NCBI GenBank assembly: GCA_041665985.1
Contig: JBAYHV010000001.1
Coordinates: forward strand, 1 to 59,966
Length of the DNA stretch: 59,966 nt
Reading direction: 5' to 3'
From: Minisyncoccota bacterium
GTDB lineage: Bacteria > Patescibacteriota > Minisyncoccia > Phycocordibacterales > CAIRYW01
Shown here: positions 52,955-59,966 of the stretch, in pieces
How positions within the stretch are numbered: the stretch's first letter is position 1
Layout: each line of letters begins with the position of its first letter
The notes under the pieces: model-generated
What the model was told of the DNA's origin: nothing
Seen by the model: the letters and a program-made list of their open reading frames with translations, nothing else
The model's database searches: none
Made by a program: the position numbers and the translations under genes

Positions 52955-53176
52955 TTAGTCTACTAGCACAACAACTTTTTCTCCAGTGATCTCAGCAAAT
53001 CCTTTTTTAATAGGGATATTTTTTTCTTTAGTTCTTATTTCTCCTTCTTTAAGTAAAGTAATAAGTGGAATGTGTCCTTTGAGCACTGTTATTTCACCAT
53101 CTTGCGCAGGCAAAGTCACTTCGGTGGTTTCACCTTCATAAACAGTCCCTTGTAATGAGTAAATTTTTATTTGCAT
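52955..53176 (-). CDS. atpC: F-type ATP synthase epsilon subunit, beta-sandwich domain only
   Basis: Last gene of the atp operon. 73 aa ...G..GIL..H.PLIT.L..G...; the C-terminal helical hairpin is absent. Confidence 0.75.
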   Translation of the reverse strand: MQIKIYSLQGTVYEGETTEVTLPAQDGEITVLKGHIPLITLLKEGEIRTKEKNIPIKKGFAEITGEKVVVLVD

Positions 53177-53207
53177 AAATTTTCTTAAATTCTAAATCCT
53201 AATTTCT

Positions 53208-53270
53208 AAATTCTAAACAATACCTAAATTCAAATTTTTAATATTAAAATTTTGAATTTGTTTAGAATTT
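53208..53270. repeat. 63-nt near-perfect AT-rich palindrome between atpD and atpC
   Basis: aaattctaaaca (53208-19) pairs with tgtttagaattt (53259-70). The inner arms aaattcaaattttta / taaaattttgaattt are nearly complementary. Confidence 0.7.
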
Positions 53271-53289
53271 AGTATTTCAATATTCGTGC

Positions 53290-54708
<1,419 letters not shown>

Positions 54709-55635
54709 TTAATTTTGATTTTCCAACGCCTCCTTACCAGAAGTAATTTCGATCAGTTCTTTGGTAATTTGAGCCTGTCTTGTTTTGTTAAATAAAATCG
54801 TAAGCTCTCCGATCATATCTTTTGCATTTTCTGATGCATTCTTCATCGCCACCATTCTGGAAGAATGCTCTGAAGCATTGGCCTCCAAAATACTGTGAAG
54901 AATTTCAATTTCAACCAAGGCAGGGACTAATTCCTTTACAACAGTCTCAACATTTGGTTCATATTTATATTCAAAATTATCATTCAGAGCAGTTTTTCTC
55001 AGTTCTGAAAATTTTCCTGTGACTGGAATAATATTTTCAATAACTTTTTTTAAAACATCAGTCTCAAGAGGAAGTAACGGGCGAACCACAACTTCTTGTT
55101 TTAGAGCTGAAATAAAATTTGTATAAACTAAAAAAACCCTATCGTAAGTTTTATTTTCAAAAAGTGAAATAATTTTTTTGGCAATTGGCTCAACCTGAAA
55201 AAGTTCAGCAAAATCTCCAATACCTTCAAAACTTGAAACAACATTTGAGCCTCTTCTATTAAAATAATCTCGTCCTCTTTTTCCGATAGCAATTATTTCC
55301 GATCCTGAATGTTCATTTAAAGCAATTTCAGTTTTTCTGATGACATTGCTATTAAATGATCCAGCGAGACCTTTGTCTGAAGTAATAACAACAAAAAGAT
55401 CTTTTCCTCCTGTTCTAACGTCAAAAAGTGGAGAAGATTTTCTTGGAAGCTCGCCTAATTTTTCTTCAATATGCTTTAAAATACTTAAAGCATAAAGGGC
55501 AAATGGACGTCCTTTGATCGCAGAAGCCTCACTCTTGCGCATTTTAACAGCAGAAACAGCTTCCATAGCCTTTGTAATTTGCCTAATGTTTTGAGTTGAG
55601 CGTATTCTGTTTTTAATTTCTCTTCCTGTTGCCAT
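54709..55635 (-). CDS. atpG: F-type ATP synthase gamma subunit
   Basis: EIK.RI.S..N..QITKAME.VSA.K... N-terminus and ...QA.ITKEL.EI C-terminus. Confidence 0.9.
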   Translation of the reverse strand: MATGREIKNRIRSTQNIRQITKAMEAVSAVKMRKSEASAIKGRPFALYALSILKHIEEKLGELPRKSSPLFDVRTGGKDLFVVITSDKGLAGSFNSNVIRKTEIALNEHSGSEIIAIGKRGRDYFNRRGSNVVSSFEGIGDFAELFQVEPIAKKIISLFENKTYDRVFLVYTNFISALKQEVVVRPLLPLETDVLKKVIENIIPVTGKFSELRKTALNDNFEYKYEPNVETVVKELVPALVEIEILHSILEANASEHSSRMVAMKNASENAKDMIGELTILFNKTRQAQITKELIEITSGKEALENQN

Positions 55636-55843
55636 TTTATTTTCTTATGGAACCTAACTTAAAAATAAACGCTTATTAATAAAAACTGAAAACACAGCTT
55701 GAACATTTAAATCCAAAAATTTTAGTAAAAAATTAAGTTTCGTCAGTCTACATAGCGAAGCTATGCCTCCTTCCTCATCCTTCATTTTTTCCTTTAAAAT
55801 TTTAAAATTTACTTTGTTCATTATTTTTAACTTAGATTCCTAA

Positions 55844-57373
55844 TTATTTGTTCCAATAGTTAGCAGTAAAATCTGCGACAGTTTCTTTTAGTTTTGCTTG
55901 AGTTTCTTCTGATAGGTCAGCTGTCTCAAAGATTGTTTTAAGAATTTCTGGATGTCTTTCTTTTAGGAAAGTTAGAAATTGTTTTTCATATCTCTTAATG
56001 TCAGCAACTGGAATTTCATTTAGAAGTCCGTTTGCAGCGACAAAAATAATTGCAGCAATTTCATTAAATGATTGATCCTCGTATTGTGGCTGTTTCAAAA
56101 GTTCTGTAAGGCGTGATCCAAGTTCCAATTGTTTCTTTGTAGCAGGATCAAGATCAGAACCAAATTGTGCAAAGGCTGCAAGTGAACGGAACTGAGCAAG
56201 ATCGAGTTTCATTCTTCCAGCAACTTTTTTCATCGCTTTTGTTTGAGCACTTGAACCTACACGAGACACAGAAAGCCCAACGTTAATAGCTGGTCGAAGT
56301 CCTGAGTTGAAAAGATCTGATTCCAAAAAGATCTGTCCGTCAGTAATTGAAATTACGTTTGTTGGAATATAAGCAGAAATATCTCCAGCTTGTGTTTCAA
56401 TAACAGGAAGGGCAGTAATAGAACCTCCTCCGTACTCTTTTGAAAGCCTTCCTGCACGTTCAAGTAGTCTTGAATGCAAATAAAATACGTCTCCAGGATA
56501 AGCTTCTCGTCCTGGCGGTCTCTTTAATAAAAGGGAAATTTGTCTGTATGCCCAAGCATGTTTTGATAGATCATCATAAACAATAAGAGCATCTTTTCCC
56601 TGATCCATAAAAAATTCAGCAATAGCACAACCTGTAAAAGGCGCTAAGTACTGCAGTGATGCTGGGTCAGAAGCTGAAGCAGAAACTACAATTGTATATT
56701 CCATTGCTCCCATCTTTTTTAGTTTTTCTACAATTTGTGCAACTTTTGATTCTTTTTGACCGATAGCAACATATATACAAATAGGGACATTTTTTTCTTT
56801 TCCTTGGTGAATGATAGCATCGATCGCAATTGCAGTCTTTCCAGTTTGTCTATCACCAATAATAAGTTCTCTTTGTCCTCGTCCGATCGGGATCATTGCG
56901 TCAATCGCTTTGATACCTGTGTGAAGTGGAACACTAACACCTTGTCTTGTAATAACTCCAGGAGCAATTTTTTCCAAGGGATAAAATTTTGATTTTGATT
57001 CAACAATTGGTCCTTTTCCATCTTTGATCTCTCCAAGACCATTAACCACTCTTCCGATAAGTTCTCCGGATACAGGAATAGAAAGAATTCTTCCTGTTGA
57101 ACGAACTTTACTACCTTCTCTTAAACGAAGGTCGTTTCCTAAAATAATTGCACCAACACTATCTTCCTCAAGGTTAAGAGCAAGACCAAAAACTTTTTTG
57201 TCATCCATATCTGTAAATTCAAGCATTTCAGAATACTTTGCCTTTGAAAGTCCAGAGACGATCGCTACACCATCCGAAATTTTAACAACTTCACCAACGT
57301 ACTCTAAAGCTGGATCATTTGTGATGTCAGATATTTCTTTCTTCAATTCTTCTATTATTGTATTTTTATTCAT
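55844..57373 (-). CDS. atpA: F-type ATP synthase alpha subunit
   Basis: GDRQTGKTA Walker A, and the overall F1-alpha sequence. Confidence 0.95.
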   Translation of the reverse strand: MNKNTIIEELKKEISDITNDPALEYVGEVVKISDGVAIVSGLSKAKYSEMLEFTDMDDKKVFGLALNLEEDSVGAIILGNDLRLREGSKVRSTGRILSIPVSGELIGRVVNGLGEIKDGKGPIVESKSKFYPLEKIAPGVITRQGVSVPLHTGIKAIDAMIPIGRGQRELIIGDRQTGKTAIAIDAIIHQGKEKNVPICIYVAIGQKESKVAQIVEKLKKMGAMEYTIVVSASASDPASLQYLAPFTGCAIAEFFMDQGKDALIVYDDLSKHAWAYRQISLLLKRPPGREAYPGDVFYLHSRLLERAGRLSKEYGGGSITALPVIETQAGDISAYIPTNVISITDGQIFLESDLFNSGLRPAINVGLSVSRVGSSAQTKAMKKVAGRMKLDLAQFRSLAAFAQFGSDLDPATKKQLELGSRLTELLKQPQYEDQSFNEIAAIIFVAANGLLNEIPVADIKRYEKQFLTFLKERHPEILKTIFETADLSEETQAKLKETVADFTANYWNK

Positions 57374-57527
57374 ATTAATTAAGTCAAAATTTAAAACTCA
57401 AAAGGCAAAATTGCAATTCAAAATTTAAAATTTTTAGACACACAACACTCGCTGTGCAAATGTTGTAACTTTTTATTTTTTACTTGTAATTTTGACCTTT
57501 GCATTTTGATTTTTGATTTTATATTTC
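57374..57527. repeat. ~150-bp intercistronic repeat (atpA-atpH spacer), copy 1
   Basis: Homologous to 57912-58061. Shared blocks are gcaaaattgcaatt, acaacaYtcgctKtgcRaatgttgtaactt and tttttacttgtaattttgacctYtgcatt. Confidence 0.75.
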
Positions 57528-57911
57528 CTAATTTACGAGTTTTGATCTCATTTTTTGTAACTTCGATTTTATTGTTGTATCAATAACCAGATCGTTTATC
57601 TTTATTTCAGAACCTCCTAGCAATGTCTTGTCTTCAATAAAAGTAACTTCTGCTTTTTTTCCAAAAACATTTTCTATTTTTGGAGCATCATGGATCGATA
57701 AGGCTTTAATTATTACATCAACAATACCTTTTTCAGTATTCCATTCTTTTTTAAATGATCTGAGAATAGCAGGGGATTTAGAAGCAAGACGTTTTGAAAC
57801 AATAACTTTTGCGAAAGCTTTAATAATTTCACCTGCTTCTTCTTTTGTTTTTGCGTGAGAAATTTTCTTCGCTAAAAGAATTCCAATTTTTTTTGAAGAA
57901 TTTTTGTTCAT
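57528..57911 (-). CDS. atpH: F-type ATP synthase delta (OSCP) subunit, shortened
   Basis: Position within the operon. The C-terminal ...LLGGSEIKINDLVIDTTIKSKL resembles the OSCP C-terminus. Only 127 aa. Confidence 0.65.
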   Translation of the reverse strand: MNKNSSKKIGILLAKKISHAKTKEEAGEIIKAFAKVIVSKRLASKSPAILRSFKKEWNTEKGIVDVIIKALSIHDAPKIENVFGKKAEVTFIEDKTLLGGSEIKINDLVIDTTIKSKLQKMRSKLVN

Positions 57912-58061
57912 CTTAATTCAAAGTTAAAAAGTCAAAATGCAAAATTGCAATTTAAAATTCAAAAATTTGGAAATACAACATTCGCTTTGCGAATGTTGTA
58001 ACTTATTAATTTTTACTTGTAATTTTGACCTCTGCATTATGATTTTTGAATTATTTTACGT
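57912..58061. repeat. ~150-bp intercistronic repeat (atpH-atpF spacer), copy 2
   Basis: Contains a perfect 11-bp apical hairpin acaacattcgc ttt gcgaatgttgt (57975-57999). Confidence 0.75.
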
Positions 58062-58571
58062 TTAGCCGTTAATTTTTGAAAACTCTTTTGAAGCTTCGTC
58101 TTTAAGAGTTACTTTTGATCTTTCATCGATATATTTTCCGACTGTTTTTTCAATAACATCAGAAACAAGAGTACCAACTTCTTTTTTGATATCTCGTCTA
58201 AGTTTCTCATTTTCTTCACGAATCTTTTGTTCACCTTGAGTTATAACTGCTTCTGCTTGTTTCTTTGCATCTTCCAGAAGACTTTTTTTAAGAACTGAAG
58301 CACTTACTTCTGCATTCTTAATTATTTTTTCAGATTCAGTGCGCGCTTTGTCCATTACTTTTTTTTGCTCTTCAGCGCTTTCTTGAAGCATTTTTTCCAT
58401 GTTTGAAGCACTATCTTTTGCTCCTTGAATAGATCTCTCTTTTTCTTCAATCGATTTCATAAGAGGCTTGTAGAGAAGTTTGGTCAAGATAAATACCAGC
58501 AAGCCAAAGTTTATAGCTTGTGCAACAAGCTCCTTCCATTCAATTCCTAATGAAGAAACGAGATTTCCCAT
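58062..58571 (-). CDS. atpF: F-type ATP synthase subunit b
   Basis: N-terminal TM helix plus a long charged helix. Operon position. Confidence 0.8.
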   Translation of the reverse strand: MGNLVSSLGIEWKELVAQAINFGLLVFILTKLLYKPLMKSIEEKERSIQGAKDSASNMEKMLQESAEEQKKVMDKARTESEKIIKNAEVSASVLKKSLLEDAKKQAEAVITQGEQKIREENEKLRRDIKKEVGTLVSDVIEKTVGKYIDERSKVTLKDEASKEFSKING

Positions 58572-58575
58572 TGGT

Positions 58576-58803
<228 letters not shown>

Positions 58804-58899
58804 TTATTATTAATAATTAACAAACAAATAGAGCCTTAAAAGGCTTTATTTGTGCATTATATTACAAGGATTGGAGTAATTCAAGCTTAAATTTTTCTC

Positions 58900-59634
58900 T
58901 TAATGTTCTTCGTGAAGCTGAGTAGCAGAAGTAAGGAACATCATAGCGAGCACGGAAAATACAAGTGCCTGAATGAAACCAACAAAAAGCTCAAGACCTA
59001 AGAAAGGAATAGGAACAATGTATGGGGCAAGAAGAGAAATAATAAGCATAAGTACACTTCCTGCAAAAATGTTTCCAAAAAGTCGGAAAGTAAGAGAAAC
59101 AACTCTTGAAACTTCTCCGATCAATTCCAGGATTCCAACAAAAAAACCAATCGGCTTTGTAAATGGGTTCACAAGAAATTTTCCAACGTGATGTTTAAAT
59201 CCAATATTTTTAATTCCAACAACATGAGTTGAAACTACAAGAATAACAGCTAGGGCTAAGGTCATATTAATATCTGAGTTGGCTGTTCTAAGCAAAGGTA
59301 CAAATTCTCCTTCTTTATGCAAACCAATAGTCTCAACTCCAGGAAGCGTTCCAACCCAGTTTGAAATTAAAATATAAAAGAAAATTGTTCCAACAAATGG
59401 CAAATATTTTTTAACAGTTTCTTTACTTCCTGCAAATGAGGCCATGAAATCTATAAAAGCCTCAAATACTATATGGAGAAAGGCTGTAAATTTTCCACCT
59501 TTTTTGATAGCTCTATAAGAGATAGCCGCAAAAATAGTCAAGATCAGAATAGCTACCCAAGATGCAAGCAGGGTATTAGTTACAGGAAAATTTCCAATTT
59601 CAAATACTTTTTCTGCTACGATTGATATTTTCAT
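58900..59634 (-). CDS. atpB: F-type ATP synthase subunit a
   Basis: Multi-TM protein with LTFRLFGN (conserved Arg) motif. Confidence 0.9.
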   Translation of the reverse strand: MKISIVAEKVFEIGNFPVTNTLLASWVAILILTIFAAISYRAIKKGGKFTAFLHIVFEAFIDFMASFAGSKETVKKYLPFVGTIFFYILISNWVGTLPGVETIGLHKEGEFVPLLRTANSDINMTLALAVILVVSTHVVGIKNIGFKHHVGKFLVNPFTKPIGFFVGILELIGEVSRVVSLTFRLFGNIFAGSVLMLIISLLAPYIVPIPFLGLELFVGFIQALVFSVLAMMFLTSATQLHEEH

Positions 59635-59817
59635 CCCGTCACTAGAATTTTAATTTGTTAAAGCTTTCGACTATTTTTATTCGATATATTGACTAAGCCA
59701 TGTTTTGCAAAAATATACTATATTTTGATATTTTAAGCTATTTAAAAAAGATTTAACTTTGATTATGTTCAAAGGGTCTTTCCAACTCCTTCCACTTTAT
59801 ATTGAAAAACTTTACTT
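59635..59817 (-). repeat. Third copy of the conserved leader/upstream element (as at 8618-8854), abutting the atpB start codon
   Basis: The reverse complement reads ...gtcgaaagctttaacaaattaaaattctagtgacggg-ATG. Its interior is homologous to 8683-8854. Confidence 0.65.
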
Positions 59818-59966
59818 TATAAAGTTCCTCGTAGCAAGCTGACGAGGTATTAAATACCAGAACTCGCTTTTACCACAAGAGTATTTCCAATTTCTACACG
59901 AGCAGAGCTCGTAAGAAATTTAGGTCGCTCGTACTTAATCCGCCCCAAGGGGCGGGGTATTTACCC

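Noticed and set aside
55654-55821. 55-codon minus-strand ORF in the atpG-atpA spacer (MNKVNFKILKEKMKDEEGG...).
   Set aside because: It is low-complexity and AT-driven, has no motif, and lies in a spacer that elsewhere in the operon is occupied by repeats. It is more likely non-coding.

Overview
AT-rich (about one-third G+C by eye), tightly packed bacterial window. The gene content and shortened proteins look like a Patescibacteria/CPR-type genome (inference): 343-aa DnaX, 329-aa MetK, 267-aa pyruvate kinase, 442-aa UvrC, archaeal-type UMP kinase, H+-PPase, class II RNR and a compact F-ATPase operon. Recognisable content, in order: dnaX; tRNA-Gln; a SAM-I riboswitch with metK; CcdA and a thioredoxin-like protein; a short glycolytic stretch (hydroxyacid dehydrogenase, gpmA, pyk); an ArsR plus P1B-ATPase pair; DedA, GT2, hydrolase, rdgB, FKBP and tgt; uvrB-uvrA-(three small reverse-strand genes)-uvrC; ddl; an NYN protein; and tRNA-Ala. 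After tRNA-Ala comes an accessory stretch: a Cys-rich secreted protein, a zinc-ribbon protein, Dam-like MTase / PD-(D/E)XK nuclease / second MTase, SppA, a RhuM-Doc fusion, a Cas4-like nuclease and a GC-rich nitronate-monooxygenase-like gene. The rest holds an M15 peptidase, a DUF45 hydrolase, hppA, GH18, nrdJ, a cobalamin riboswitch in front of an uncharacterised 608-aa acidic protein, a Clp/Hsp100-like ATPase, a TraG/VirD4-like ATPase, tsaC, pyrH and atpBEFHAGDC on the minus strand. The non-coding layer stands out most, in five ways. (1) Both tRNA genes are followed by structured ~150-bp modules built from direct and inverted copies of that tRNA's own 3' end. (2) About 1.2 kb upstream of dnaX has no ORF and is dense in hairpins. 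(3) Several families of small palindromic or MITE-like repeats occur, some inserted in frame in uvrA, uvrB, uvrC and a DUF45 gene. (4) A conserved 38-nt leader abuts the ATG of three unrelated genes. (5) Repeated hairpin elements sit between the ATP synthase cistrons. I saw no rRNA, CRISPR array, transposase or integrase. All homology calls come from reading the translated ORFs and motifs by eye; no searches were run.
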